Made by a program: the position numbers and the translations under genes. The notes below the pieces were generated by a model. It saw nothing but the letters and a program-made list of their open reading frames with translations. It made no database searches and was not told where the DNA came from. A stretch of 63,989 bases of DNA, filler included, from Phoronis australis (lineage: Eukaryota > Animalia > Phoronida), in the NCBI GenBank assembly GCA_002633005.1. It is 6 parts of 6 records of this genome, joined end to end, with 100 filler letters (N's around TTAATTAATTAA, not from the genome) between each part and the next. Parts side by side here need not be neighbours in the genome. Positions count along the whole stretch, not along the records: positions 1 to 26,363 come from NMRA01000899.1; 5 more parts are not named here. One strand, given 5' to 3'. Positions 1 to 12,524 of this stretch are shown piece by piece; position 1 is the stretch's first letter, and the number at the start of each line of letters is the position of its first letter.

Positions 1-659
1 TTTAAAGTTAGAATGACTAAGTAGATTAGTCATTCAATTAAGCAAGCTAGGTGACTCCATGAAATGTTTGTTATTTAAAGTTTTTTGCAGATTTTGTTAA
101 TTATAATTTAAACTTTTGTAGTGTCTTACGAAGTTATACATATAGTGTTGACTGCCTCTAAAGTTCTGTATTGGGCTTGATGTTGGTTAATCAGGCACTG
201 CTTTAGGGTTGAGGGCTGAAATACCAAGCCTGGACAAAAGTTCAAACCTGACGCAGCACTTTCTAAACTCGACGCGCATTTTCCACACTCGACGCTGCAA
301 AATCCAAACTCGTTACAGCGTCGAGTTAAAACAGGCCGTGGAGAACACTGGTCTCATATTGTCCTGCAAAAATAAAAAATAGTGTCTGACAACAATGACT
401 GACCAGGAACAGTTACTCTGCACCAAACACAAAAGGTTCTCATCTACTCGTAATACCTGGGCCTCAGCTCTATGAACTCAAATTTATTTTTTTGCATTTT
501 CTATTCCACTTTTGTGCAAACTCAAGATAAGTGTTATTAGTCTATGCTTGGTTTCATATGCGTGCCTTGCATTGATAACTTTGTAATCTTATTGATTGTG
601 CACTTGATGACCCCAGTATGAAGACTAAAAGTTTTCAGTCTGAACGGGATATTTCGAGT

Positions 660-1700
660 TCAGACCCGTAGCCAGCATTATGTGGGGGTGGTTCGAATTT
701 CTACTACGGTGGACCTTTGATATTTTGCAAACGTTGACACTGTAGAGTTTTAGGTAAGGCTCTTGCATGCACGCACCCAGGGGGGGGGGGCTCAGGGGGG
801 GCTCGAATGAGCCCCCTATTTGGCGAAGTGGGCAAAAATGCCCACCTCAGAGAAACGAAAAAAGTAGAATATGAGACAAAAGTCCACTAAAAAGGCAAGA
901 GCTACCAAAATTCGGCGAATGCGCAATTCATAGTTCTTAATGTGCTCTGTGAATTTTAGCAAAAGGTGCACGTTATAAAAATTCGAGCATCCTCATTTTT
1001 TAGGCTGGGTGCGTGCAAGTCTTGATGCAGCTTAACTAGGGTGGACGGAAATCTGTATACGCAACGACGACTCTTGGCTTCATGTTCCCAAGATCAGAAT
1101 TTGTAATACCAGAAATAAAGATGGCTGACGGTTGCTCATAAAGAACGGGACCCAAATTCGGAGGTAATTTGGTCTGAGCGATTACTCCTCATTACTTTAG
1201 TTGCGTTTAGACATCAACTCTAGGCCCGGCGCAACTGACACGGTACACTTCCCGTGTCAAGCGGCCATTTACACACACAACTCACTAACTGTGACAAGAT
1301 GGAAATTGCAGGCTGGAGAGACTGGATCGCATATGCGCAGGTTTACAAATGACGAGAATTGCAGAGACAAAAACCCGTACGTAGGTCATTAGGCAAGTGC
1401 AGTAGAGATGATCCTTTCTGCCTTGCCCCAGTTACGCGTTTAGACTTATAATTGACACGGAGCAAGATGTTCGAGCGCAAATTGCTCTACCTACCAAACG
1501 GGTGTCAAAATTTGTCACCTCGGTGTCAATTTGCTCCATGTCAGTCCCGTTTACACGCTGGAACAACTCGTTCCATGTCAGCTGATCTGTGTCATCTTTT
1601 GAAGTGTAAACGGCAATATACTCGGACGGAAATATTTAATCGAAGAATGATCGACTTGAATATTTTGATCTGGTTGTACTTTGCGCGTTACTTAACTTTG
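660..1700 (+). repeat. Dispersed repeat, related to 31130-31520
   Basis: Three collinear blocks recur at 31137-31516: GGTTCGAATTTCTA..ACGGTGGACC..TTGATATTTTG, GTAATACC..AAAGAACGG.AC.CAAATTCGGA, and ACTCGGACGGAAATATTT..TCGAAGAATGA. Boundaries are approximate. Confidence 0.6.
766..1019. mobile_element. MITE with 15-bp TIR and 5-bp TSD
   Basis: CATGCACGCACCCAG (766-780) and CTGGGTGCGTGCAAG (1005-1019) are inverted with 1 mismatch. TCTTG lies directly outside both ends (761-765, 1020-1024). Confidence 0.7.
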
Positions 1701-1737
1701 CTTACATCGCTGGAAATGGGAACAGCCCAGTATTCCA

Positions 1738-1801
1738 AAGGTTCACTACTCTGAAGGTTCACGATTCCGAAGGTTCACGATTCCGAAGGTTCACTACTCC
1801 G
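1738..1801 (+). repeat. 16-bp tandem repeat x4 (AAGGTTCACGATTCCG-like)
   Basis: Four consecutive units are directly visible; the array ends just before a single N at 1814. Confidence 0.85.
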
Positions 1802-1849
1802 AGGAGCTCAATTNAAATCTCGAGTTCGTGCGTGAATGTACAGCATTTT

Positions 1850-3306
1850 TTCACTCAGGGTGCACACTTTTGTTTCAGAAATGGCAATTTATGAAGTTTT
1901 CATTTCAGGTTTGAGACTTCTTTTATTGGAATCAACATGGTATATGGAATATCAGGTTAAATTTTTGTGAAATATCCTTATTTAGTTTTTGAGATTTGGC
2001 CTGTTGAAATAACAAAGAAAAATGTGGGCTTCGGAGAATACATCATTGGTATTGTCACATCCATTTTGGAAAAAAGACTTAAATCTGGCTTAGGAACAAG
2101 AACGTTTATTGTTGGTAACTCAGTATTTAATCACTGAATATCAATATAAAAAATAGGTTCACACCTGTGTATGCTTCACAAGGTGTGAGTACACAAATAA
2201 ACATAGCAATTGTACTTAATCTTTAGACATACTCAGCACTTAACTATCATCAAAGTCACATCACTGTCAAAAGGAATGGCTAATTCTATTAACTATCATC
2301 AAAGAAATGCAGGAAAACACTTTTCATCATCAGTAAACATTGTTTGCATGAATCTCGCATAACACAGGGGTCACGGATGGGGCTACAGAGAATACAAAAT
2401 GTTGAGATACCTCTTTATGAGTGGATGAACACTTGAGCAGTGCAATAGAATTCATTTACTTGTTAATACCAACACTTCTGAATGACCAAAGAACATTCAT
2501 GTTTGATTGATAATGAGTTTAAACTGAAAAAGTAATTTTTAGCTAAACTTGCCTCAAATCCCACCCATAAATAAAAAATTGTATTTTTTTCTTGTGTTGG
2601 AGAGTTTATTTGTCTCAATTTCCTCAGTAAATGCACCTAGATGCAAGTTTTTTCAAAACCATGTACTGACAATTCAAAGTTGGTGGCTACAGAGAATACA
2701 GGGGCTACAAAGAATACGAAAGACATTTTTGCTAAATGGTCAATTCAAATCCAGGGCTGGGTCTAATATTTTTTGTGGGCTAAAGATAGCTTCAAGATTA
2801 CCAATGTGCAGTGTCAAATATCTATTACTAAATGAAAAATTTAATGGAATTCAGACAGGGCTACGGAGAATACACAGTTTTTCTTAGGCGACGGTGATAT
2901 TATTTGGCTGAGAAATCTAATCACCAGGACATCTGGTACAAACATTTGGTTTCTAAATCAAATCAGATCCCTGCAATCACCTGAAGAAAAACAAGAAATA
3001 TTTCTAAGATTATGAAAAAACATTAAATTTCAATTAAATGTGTGATTTAATTAAACGCCATTTGTACTAAAAACGTGCAACATCTCAGTGAAACAAAATA
3101 ACGATGGATTTCTGGCTATTTTCAGCTATATCAAGGATTACTCTGGCCATAATTAACATTTTTTCGTACTTTAAAATGTACAAATGTCATACCGTAAGTA
3201 CCGGTGCTAAAACAAGATCATCATACAAATATCTGCCAGAGGTGAAGGAATTCCATCAATATGATTGCATAACATAAAAAATGTATAGATTTGCACCCTG
3301 AGTGAA
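1850..3306. mobile_element. Probable non-autonomous DNA transposon remnant(s)
   Basis: 15-bp perfect inverted repeat TTCACTCAGGGTGCA (1850-1864 / 3292-3306). An internal motif GGGCTACAGAGAATACA recurs near 2026, 2380, 2684, 2700 and 2857. Confidence 0.4.
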
Positions 3307-5185
3307 CAACTCATATTCGCAAACCATAATGTACTCAATACAGACTAATTGCCACTTCTATTGAGTTTGCTCAAAAAATGGTTTAATTGAAAATGCAAAA
3401 AATATTTTTTAGTTGGATTTCGAGTAAAAAGATTAAACTCCAATCTCCAGTATCAGTGGAACTGGTGACAGTAGATTGTTAGTTGTGCTCTCTCTGTAAA
3501 CCAATTGTTCAAAGTTGATCAAATTGTGAAACTTGGCTACGACATTGAGTAGGAAAGTTTAGTTATGATTCTTCCATTTACATGTAGGACAGAATGATTT
3601 CATGTTGACTTCAATGTTAGAAGTCGCTTGATTTGTGAACAAAACCGAAACCTATGAATAATTGAATCTAGGTAAATTGTGTATCAAATAATCTTGAAAA
3701 TACTGTAAAAATTTTCCAGTTCGGGACAGCCTCTAATTAAAGTGTGGGAAACTGAAATTCAAATTGAGTTTTCGTGAAAAAATCTGAAGATTCAGGGACA
3801 TAGGTAAATTAAATAGCTTTCAACATATTTCTCAGATACCGAACAATATGTTATGTATCAATAAAGTCTGAGGTAAAATCGCTGCCGACGCAAGAGAATT
3901 TGGAATAAATTTTTTCGGGTGTGTCTCGTAATTCTGGATTTCGCACCAGTCAATATTGACCATTCCTTAAATTTGGTACAAGTTGCTACCATGAGCACAG
4001 CAATTTAATTTTCATTGTCCCTATATATATACTGTAGAATGTTTACAGAAAAGCAAGTTGTTTTGAACACATGCAGTGACAGAGTTGGGAGTTGAGTTGA
4101 GTTGCTTGGGCATGCACTGAAGGTTTTGATTGACATTACAAAATTGTGGAAGATGATGCCTATTAGTAGCAGTAGTATTGATAATGTAACCAGGAGAGCA
4201 AAATGAATCCCATGTCAAAGGTTAAATTTTGAGGTTGCATGGTGTTCAGCCAAATGCATTTTGTAGATACATCTAGAAGCCTATCTGAGAGTCAGTAATG
4301 CGTGTGGTGTTGTTACAATCTTTTTTTTTCTCATAAATTCAAAAACAGCTATTTTGATGTTACAGCATGGCTGAATTATTACGGTAGTTCCCTACTTATT
4401 TAGCACAATGTTCTCATTTCACACTCCCGAAGTTATTCGTAAAAGTAACATTTTGTTGCATTCTTGTTCATTCTGTTCATTGACTCCAGGTGACGTATTC
4501 GGCGTGATCCCAAAGTATCTGCTTGGATGCAGAGGGCCTAGTAATTGATTGTAGATTTTTGGAAGTTTGAGCCGCCTACACTTCCGTGAGGCTAGAGCCA
4601 TGTGTCATACCGTCTGTACTGATCCTCTCACCCCATGATGGTACCAGTTGACTTCAGTCACCCCTTCCCCATTAAAATAATGACCCAGCTCCTGCATGTG
4701 TTCAACAGCAGGTGTGCTACACTATGTTGTGCTTGGCATGCTACGAGGGGGCAGTAATTGACATGCCGATATTTGCTGCATGGCAGTGTCCACATCTAGG
4801 CCCAGGATCTAATTTTTCTGATCGAAATCAAATCAAAATTATTTTTGATACTTTCTTTTATGGTTTATGTAGATAACTAGTTTGTAATACTTTCTTTTTT
4901 GTAGCCCCAGCATTAAAGCTCATGTATATACATTTAAGTCTGAACTCAAAATCTCATTTTTACTCGAAATCTCATTTTTCTGGAGTTTGTGGTTCGAATC
5001 TAGTATAGGGGCCATCAAGGATAAATTTGGACTACACAGTGGTTTAGTACCCCATTATTTAATGAAACACATAATAATTTTAAGTGTGTATTCAAGTATG
5101 TATTTAAGTAGAATAGAAAATATTTAAGATAATTTCTAGTTTGATTTTGATTAAAAAGATTAGATTTGTGTCCCAGGTGTGATGC

Positions 5186-5314
5186 AACTGTCCAAGATTT
5201 CTCTGAAAAACTGAGGAGATCCTTGAAAAGAGACCAAAGTTTACGTAGTGTGTGTTTGGGTTTAAAATAACAATGGATGTCATTACGTGTGAAGATTGGC
5301 ATAACCTTTGACAT
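5186..5314 (-). mobile_element. Penelope-like retroelement fragment (region between RT and GIY-YIG)
   Basis: Translation IFTRNDIHCYFKPKHTLRKLWSLFKD..EKSWTV resembles the PLE motif IFxKHxIxVxFKPxxTLRxxLxxPKD..EKSGVVY. Confidence 0.5.
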
Positions 5315-5328
5315 TAATTGTTTTCCAG

Positions 5329-5519
5329 ATGTGAGGACGAAACATTGGCTTTTGCTCAACAACACTCCAGTTTACGTGTGGACATGTTCTGCTCTCTATC
5401 TTCTCTTCCTCCATGTGGGGCCCAGAGTTATGCGCAACCGGGAACCATTGGAGCTGCGTAACTTAATGAGAGTGTATAACTTTGGCCTGGTCGTGCTGTC
5501 CGTCTATATGGTGGTTGAG
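5329..5519 (+). CDS. ELOVL: ELOVL fatty acid elongase (Elovl2/5-like), first recognisable coding exon
   Basis: ttttccag acceptor, GAG|GTGAGT donor. Encodes (D)VRTKHWLLL..GPRVMRNREPLELR..VYNFGLVVLSVYMVVE. An upstream phase-1 exon is needed but was not resolved. Confidence 0.93.
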
Positions 5520-7258
5520 GTGAGTTTGACCGAGGCGTCACTGCTAAGTTACGTTAGACACACTTGTGGCCAGCAATCTTGGTTCACAAAACAAATTATT
5601 TTTCTAAGAAAGTTGATAAAAGTGTCATCAAAATTAGTCTGGCTTTGTCAAAGTTGCAGTGAGCATTTGCAGGAAGGAAAGACAAAAAATTATTAAAACC
5701 ATTTGAACACCAGCCAGAATTGTCTTCTTCTAAATTTTGCTGATTTTGAACAAGAATTTTTGTTGTTTGATTATTAAAACATTTGTAGGTTGACTTAATG
5801 ACCTGACAGATCACATGATCAGCAAACTCTAGTATAGACAACATCTCTGCAGGCATCTTGTTTTAATCTAGTCGGAGGTTCCGCCTTGAGTTATGGTCTT
5901 GACCACCATATTGTTGAAGTAGGGGACCGTCCACACTATTAGTTACTCTTGAACGAGTTATTCCTGGAACGACTTGTCCTAGCTTTAGTAGCTGTAGTAA
6001 CTAGTACGTGTGTAGATGCTATTTGCCTTATTGTAAATTGACACATGTGTGACAACTTAGCCCACCTTATCGAGAACAGGTAACTTGTTTTCCTCTTTCA
6101 AGAGGCTTGGTTTTGATTTCCTCTTATTTCCAGTTTCTTCTTTTTTTGTCTCATTTTATCATTATTTTGACTTCATTGAAGCAAATTGTTTATTTTAGTG
6201 ATATTTTGCAACACAAAAATTTCTTTCACACAAGCCTATTTATTTGTTGAACAATATATCACCTGGGAAATTTTCCTCTTTTTTGTCATTGGCCATTCCA
6301 AGGCCTGCTTGTTCTAAGGTGTTGCCCCAGTGCAAGTGGTAGTTTGCAAATCTGCAGATGAGATGGAACTAAATACCAGCCGCTCTCCTGTGTACTTTTG
6401 CTACTCGTTCGTTTATCAATTTTCTATCGGAATTGCACCAAAGTAAGACAAAAAGCTAAAACCTTTTCACTGAAAACACAAAAAGCATCAGTCGTTTTAT
6501 GACTTTGTGTAAGATCTCAATCGTGCAGTGTTTATACTGGGTTGACCATGGTCAAGATGCCCTCGGGCCACTTATCCTAGGCTAATACTCATGATGTGAA
6601 CATGACATAAATGTCTGAAAAATTCTCATAAAGCGTATTATGTGGTCTGATGTACATGTAGAGTCACTTTCTCTCATTCTGCATTAAATGTGTTTTCAGT
6701 TCTCACGGGAAATCTTTCGCTGTTGTCACTTTGCCAGTGAATGACAGTCTGCTAGACTATTATGTGACATCATATTTAAGCCTGTTTCAAAGTAGCTCTT
6801 ATTAGAAAATGTGTGGAAAGTTTGTTTGTTTTTTATCTTAGTAATTACATTTACAACCACAGTTTTAAAGTGAGCCTTTTCAAGAATTTTTAATTTTGCA
6901 ACAGCTATGTAGCCTGTTCAGATAAAACTGTTTTAGCTAAAACGAATCTTAAATTTCAGCCATGTTTAAGATAAACCTTAGATTTGTCTCAAGTCCAAAG
7001 AGATCTTAAGTGTGCTGACTTTTTATATGTTTTGTTTTAATTTGGATTAGTAACTTTCCAGGTGTGGAAGTTATAAAGTTTAGAATTTGAGACTTCATTG
7101 GCAATTAATATTTTCCACCACAAAGTTGGTGTATTCTTTGCTTGGAGTTGACTGACATGTGTTAATTTCCGTGACTTGATTACTGCAAAGTGTTTCAAAT
7201 CTCTAATTTTCTTGAATGGTTGAGTACTGTCAATGTTAGTGCTGTTTCTTCTCAACAG

Positions 7259-7345
7259 ATGGTGCTGAGTACATGGGACCTGGGCTACAGTTATGTCTGC
7301 TCACCACTCAACAGTGAAACTGTGAAGAACCCCAAAGAACTCAGG
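7259..7345 (+). CDS. ELOVL: ELOVL exon
   Basis: ctcaacag acceptor, AGG|GTGGGT donor, 87 nt, phase 0-0. Encodes MVLSTWDLGYSYVCSPLNSETVKNPKELR. Confidence 0.9.
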
Positions 7346-7880
7346 GTGGGTGATTCAGTGTAACACTTTTTGTATTACCCCCTCTTTTGGCCATAGACTA
7401 TTGTTTGTCCGTAGCTTTCTTCAGTAGGATTGTTACTGGCGACAGACAAACATTAGCCTCAGTGTTTAACAAAAGAGGTGTTGCATTAAACAGTCTATTA
7501 GCCAGCTATAGGATATACTCAGTATGTAGTAAGAATTGATGATAACATTATAAGAATATTATATGAACCCGAACTGCGTACCAATAAATGCACATCGCAA
7601 GAGCAAATACCATGGGTTTACAAATCAAATTTGAAATGCCCAAATAATCATGTACCTTAGCCACAATAATCTTGAATCATATTCAACTCAGCTCATGAAT
7701 ATTTTGTTGAACAGAAAAGGCTCGGATGGTTGCATACAGCTAATGTATGATCTGGGTCGCTGGTTGCCTCTTGCCCTCCACAAGGCATGGCACCTCGTTT
7801 CCGATCCCTCGGACATAATACCCAAGAACTGCACAGTAGGCTGAACGTCACCCCTTGTCTTTCTAATCTGCTGTTCTCTC

Positions 7881-7972
7881 TGACTCATGTCTGTCTCTAT
7901 ACAATTGTTCTCTGACTCATGTCTGTCTCTATGTGTGCAGCTGACTCATGTCTGTCTCTATGTGTGCAGCTG
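7881..7972 (+). repeat. ~29-bp tandem repeat duplicating the ELOVL acceptor
   Basis: TGACTCATGTCTGTCTCTAT occurs three times; the last two copies end in GTGTGCAG|CTG (AG at 7939-7940 and 7968-7969). Confidence 0.85.
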
Positions 7973-8141
7973 GCTAAAGTACTATGGTGGTACTTCTTCT
8001 CCAAGCTGATTGAGTTCATGGACACTGTGTTGATGATCGTGCGCAAGAAAAACAACCAAGTCACGTTCCTTCATGTCTTCCACCATCTGTCCATGCTGAA
8101 CATCTGGTGGTGGGTGATGATGTTCATACCAGGAGGGCAGT
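7970..8141 (+). CDS. ELOVL: ELOVL exon with KxxEFMDT and histidine box
   Basis: [52 protein letters not shown]; donor T|GTGAGT. The SMLNIWW segment resembles ELOVL2/5. Confidence 0.96.
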
Positions 8142-8320
8142 GTGAGTGTTGTTTATTTTGAACATCTGGTGGTGGGTAGTTTTCTTCATAGTGGAAGGGA
8201 AGTGGAATTGTTGTTCATGTTGAACATCTGGTGGTGGGTGATAGTGTTCACACCTGGAGGGCAGTGAGAGTATTGTTCATACTGAGGGAGCAATGAGGTC
8301 ATGTTGAACATCTTGTGATT
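8097..8320 (+). repeat. ~62-bp degenerate tandem repeat spanning the ELOVL donor
   Basis: TGAACATCTGGTGGTGGGT recurs at about 8097, 8159 and 8221, with a decayed copy near 8304. The first unit is the exon 3' end plus donor. Confidence 0.8.
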
Positions 8321-8630
8321 GGTGGTGATTATTTGGTGACACTTTGCAACAGTATAGTAAGTCTTTGAGAATTCTAATGATTCCTTTTGTCCTAGGCTAA
8401 CGTATTACTTTTGTAAATCTGTGCAAATAAATCTGGAGCATGTAGCTCAGGATGAATCTTACAAGAATATTGCTGGTGTAGTGGAGTAATGGAAGAACTT
8501 AATCGTGATGGCAAACTTCTCATCTCAGAACCAGATGTCATAAGTCAGCTAATGCAATGAGTGTGTTTCCCACCTTGTGTCTGCTGGCCGCTACGTGAAT
8601 ACGAATAATTAGGCCATTGTGTGCTTTCAG

Positions 8631-8755
8631 CTTTCTTCGGTGCCCTCATGAACACGATTGTCCATGTGGTCATGTATTCCTACTACTTCCTGTCAAGTTT
8701 TCCCTCCCTGAGGCGCCATCTATGGTGGAAGAAGTACCTTACACAATTCCAGTTG
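8631..8755 (+). CDS. ELOVL: ELOVL exon
   Basis: (S)FFGALMNTIVHVVMYSYY..LWWKKYLTQFQL contains the NxxxHxxMYxYY and TxxQ motifs; ctttcag acceptor, GTAAGT donor. Confidence 0.96.
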
Positions 8756-10048
8756 GTAAGTTACCAGACAGTTTAGTTCTCAAATATGTTGTTGATGATG
8801 AAGGCTGCTAGGCGGCCAGTTTCATCAGTTCATATCAATGTAAGCTGCCTGGACCCATTCCCTACCATTCCTAAACTAAGGCAAATTATCATTTTCGTTG
8901 AGTTTTGTATGGACGGTTCAGGATATATTAATTGCTCTTGCTATTGCCCTGGGATAGGTGAAGCATGTATTGAATTAAAGGCTTATTAGAGTGTGTGATT
9001 GATTACATGAGTTACACTGTCTGAAGAAGTACCTTAAGTAATAGAAGGCCTGGAGACGGACTAAAATGTCATTTCTCATTTACAAACCAACTAACAGACC
9101 AGCAAATCACATAGCAGGATCAGACGCTGTCTTGTTTCGTTATGATTTTTTTTCTGTATTTTGTTACAATTTTTTAAGATAAATATGTAAATACAGTAGA
9201 TAAAGCCACCGACAAAATGTTTTTTTCTGGTCATGGAGGCCTTTTCCGCTCAATGTGCAAATGATGGGCGATGAGTCATCATTCTGGCTATTATTCCTTC
9301 TCGTTATGGCATTTTGATGTGGCTAACTTTCAAATAATTTACTTTTCATTCAGACAGGTAATCCCAGTTTATTTTATTCAGTTGCTTTTGGCCAAGATTG
9401 TTTCGAAAAATTGATACATATTCATTCAGTGGAGAAAACAACTATTTGAACGCGTAATACCTAACTTATGGATTGAATGATCGAATTAATGTTTTGGAAA
9501 TACTTTCCGGCTGTTGCGGAATTTTCCTGTTTATTTAAGCGGGTTGTGTCAGTTTTTCCTGAAAATTGAATCCCCCTCGTTTTTTTCAACATTTAGTTTG
9601 AATCTCTGATCCAAGAACTGTAGAAGATGGCGTCTACGTAAACTCATTATGCCTATTCAGAGAGAGGATATTTTGGCCTAATGCTTGGGAGTTCATGTTT
9701 GCAAAGATGGAACACAAAGCAGTGGCATTGTCACCTAAATCACAGACTGAGTTTCTCATTAGTGAATTATTATGCAAGCATGAGTATAATAATTATAAGT
9801 AATTACAAATCTGCATTTATGAAAATGGCTGTCATAGATTTTCACTCCGCGATCTGTTCTCCCTTTGCTAAGAGTCCATTCCACCAACTAGCGCCATCTA
9901 TCATGAAAGCACATTACAATGAACAGGAAATATAATTGTTCTTCAATGCTGGGAAATGAAATGTTTTTCTAGAAATTAAAGAAGAGTATTATGTGGATAA
10001 GTGATAATGTATGTCATGTATTCATGTCTTCGCTCATTTTCTTTCCAG

Positions 10049-10294
10049 GTCCAGTTTTGTATCATTGGCACGCATTCAACATACAATCTTATCTCTGGCT
10101 GTGACTTCCCTCCCTGGGGAGCCTACCTTCTCTCCAGCTACACCGCCATTCTGTTCACACTCTTTGCCAACTTCTACCTGCAGTCGTATCTGAGGAGGAC
10201 CCCCCGGGACCAGTCTTCTATGACCAATGGCAGTGCTAGAAGTGGGTATTCCAATGGTGTGATGAACAACAATGATCTGAAAAAGTCAAGTTAA
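10049..10294 (+). CDS. ELOVL: ELOVL terminal exon
   Basis: VQF..GCDFPPWG..LFANFYLQSY..DLKKSS*; C-terminal KKxx ER-retrieval signal. Confidence 0.95.
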   Translation, partial: VQFCIIGTHSTYNLISGCDFPPWGAYLLSSYTAILFTLFANFYLQSYLRRTPRDQSSMTNGSARSGYSNGVMNNNDLKKSS

Positions 10295-12020
10295 TGTTGT
10301 TTGCTACTAGGTGGCATGACAGTCAGTTGTCACATGGGAGGGGAATATGTTGTTAGGACAGGCTTACCTGATTTGAGTAATTTAGCAAGAGCAACGTGTT
10401 TAGAAATGTGATTGATATGATGAACTTGTTTAGAAATTATGTGAAATTCCAAGGTGATGTTTTGATGGATAGTTGCTGAGTAGTCCGATTTTTGGGCCAA
10501 GACGTAGCCATGCCAGTCTTTTGTTGTAGCTAGTTTTAGGGTTTTCTGTTTTCATGTTGTGTTGCCATTGTCAACATAGCTTCAGATTTGTTGCATAAAA
10601 TGAACCTGCTTTAGATATGATAACAATCTACCTTGGTTGTTTAAATTTCATCACATTCAAGTCTCAACCCATATGAAAAATACATTTTCAAATACTTCAT
10701 TATCTTGTTTTGTGCAAATTTATACTAATATACATGTTTTCACTGAAAACTAATGTCTTTTCAGCGAGTTGATTGTGAAAATTTTGGACATTTTTGAGAC
10801 TGGAGAATTTTGGTTTTGAGTTCCAAGCTACATGTACCTGAACATCACAGCTCACTCTGACACAAATGTAATGTTGTTATGAACACGGCTCATGGTCCCG
10901 ATAAACTTAGCTCACTGACTCACAAATATGTTGTCAAACCTTCCACCACTCTGTCCATATGTTTTGTTTGTGAGTGTAGACATGAGTTTGTGAGCCGGTG
11001 ATGGGGAACTTTTAGTCCTGTTTAGAAGTGAGAAATTTTTGTTTATGAGTGATGTTTTGGTCACCTAAATTCTATTTGTTACAAACTTGCCTTTGATATT
11101 TTGCTGAGAGGTCCTTAAGCACCAATGCTGAGTTGTCAAACAAACAGTTTGCAACACATTTTGCGCTTGAAGGGAGTTTTTGACTTACAATTTTGCACTC
11201 AGTTGTAATATAGGTGTCACTCACACCTTTTGAAATTGAGATGCAAAGTCAGTGAAAGTAGTTCTTTGTGAACCCTGCTCTTAGTCATACCACTGTCCCA
11301 TTTGGACTGTGTAACTAAACAGGCCTTAACAAAGGGTTTATGGTCCTGGCTGAGAAGATAATTGTTTGGTTACCCCCTGTGGATCCATGAATACATGAAA
11401 CCTAAATGCATTTTGAAAGGTTGGAAATCTTCATTTTTTGATGATTGTGTTCCCGAGCTAAAAGCCTTGGTAAAAAATATCAGACATGAATCCATATATG
11501 TAGCTAAGATAGAGTGGAGAAGCATATTTGCCTTTATCCTGAGAAATATTTCCTACCAGTTCCTGTTATTGACAAGGAATTAAAAAATATAATTTTTGGG
11601 CTTGAAATTTAGTTTTTGAAAAGATATTTGAAAAAAGTGACCCGTTGTAAACAAAGGTAGGTTGTTACCTAACTTCAAACTTGTTAACTTGAAATGTCAA
11701 ATTAAGTGCTTTTACGAAAATGTTAAAATTATCCTATTAACTTAACATTATGTTGTTGTTTGTTCTTTTTGTACCAAGTTGCATTCTAGTGATTTACTGA
11801 CTGACAGCAATGTATTTTATAGTGCATTATCTATTTGAGCTGTATCTGCTGCTCAGACCTTGGGAATTCTAATTATTGTTTATATTTATACTAAGGTTTT
11901 TTCACTATTAGATTGTGATTCTAGGGGGTTTTGGTTTAATGTGTCTTCCTCGTTAATATGTATATTGTACCCCTAATATGAGGCTTGATCGTAGGTGCTG
12001 GTAATTTGCAATAGTATAGT

Positions 12021-12524
12021 CATAGGCGGATTTAGGGGGGGCCCGCCCCCCCCTCCCCTTGGCTGCTGCAAAAAAATAAAACATTAAGAGCGTAGGGAAA
12101 TATTGAGTTTATTAATTAACCCCGGTAATTAAAATTATACGGATGAAAAAAGATTTAAATGTGTGCAGTTTTAGTGTTGGGAGGGCTGCTGAAATCCAAT
12201 TTCAAGTGTCAAATTCGGAACACGGCGCATTCGTAATGGAACTATGGCTAAGTATAGGCTCTCTCGCGATATCCCTTTGACACGTTCTCCTTTTTTTGTC
12301 TTTTTTTCTTGGATAATACTTCAGGAATCAAAGAAAATGCTTGATTTTTAGAGGTAAGAACAGAAAAATTTCCTGGGCGAGAAGGGGGCAAAAGGGGGGC
12401 AAACCCCCCCTCCCAACCTCCCCCATTCGGTGCTATGCGCATCTACTATCGTGGTTCAGTTTGAGCAAATGCTTACAGCGGACAAACTGTTGCCCCCCCT
12501 TGTGATATCCTAGATCCGCTTCTG
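12021..12524. mobile_element. hAT-like non-autonomous element (MITE), copy 1
   Basis: Imperfect TIR CATAGGCGGATTTAGG / CCTAGATCCGCTTCTG. The first ~250 bp and the 3' end are shared with 47552-48305. No clear TSD. Confidence 0.7.

Noticed and set aside
4367-4545. Candidate ELOVL start exon(s) (ATGGCTGAATTATTACG; GDVFGVIPKYLLGCR)
   Set aside because: Splice phases could not be reconciled with the phase-1 G|AT entry at 5329.
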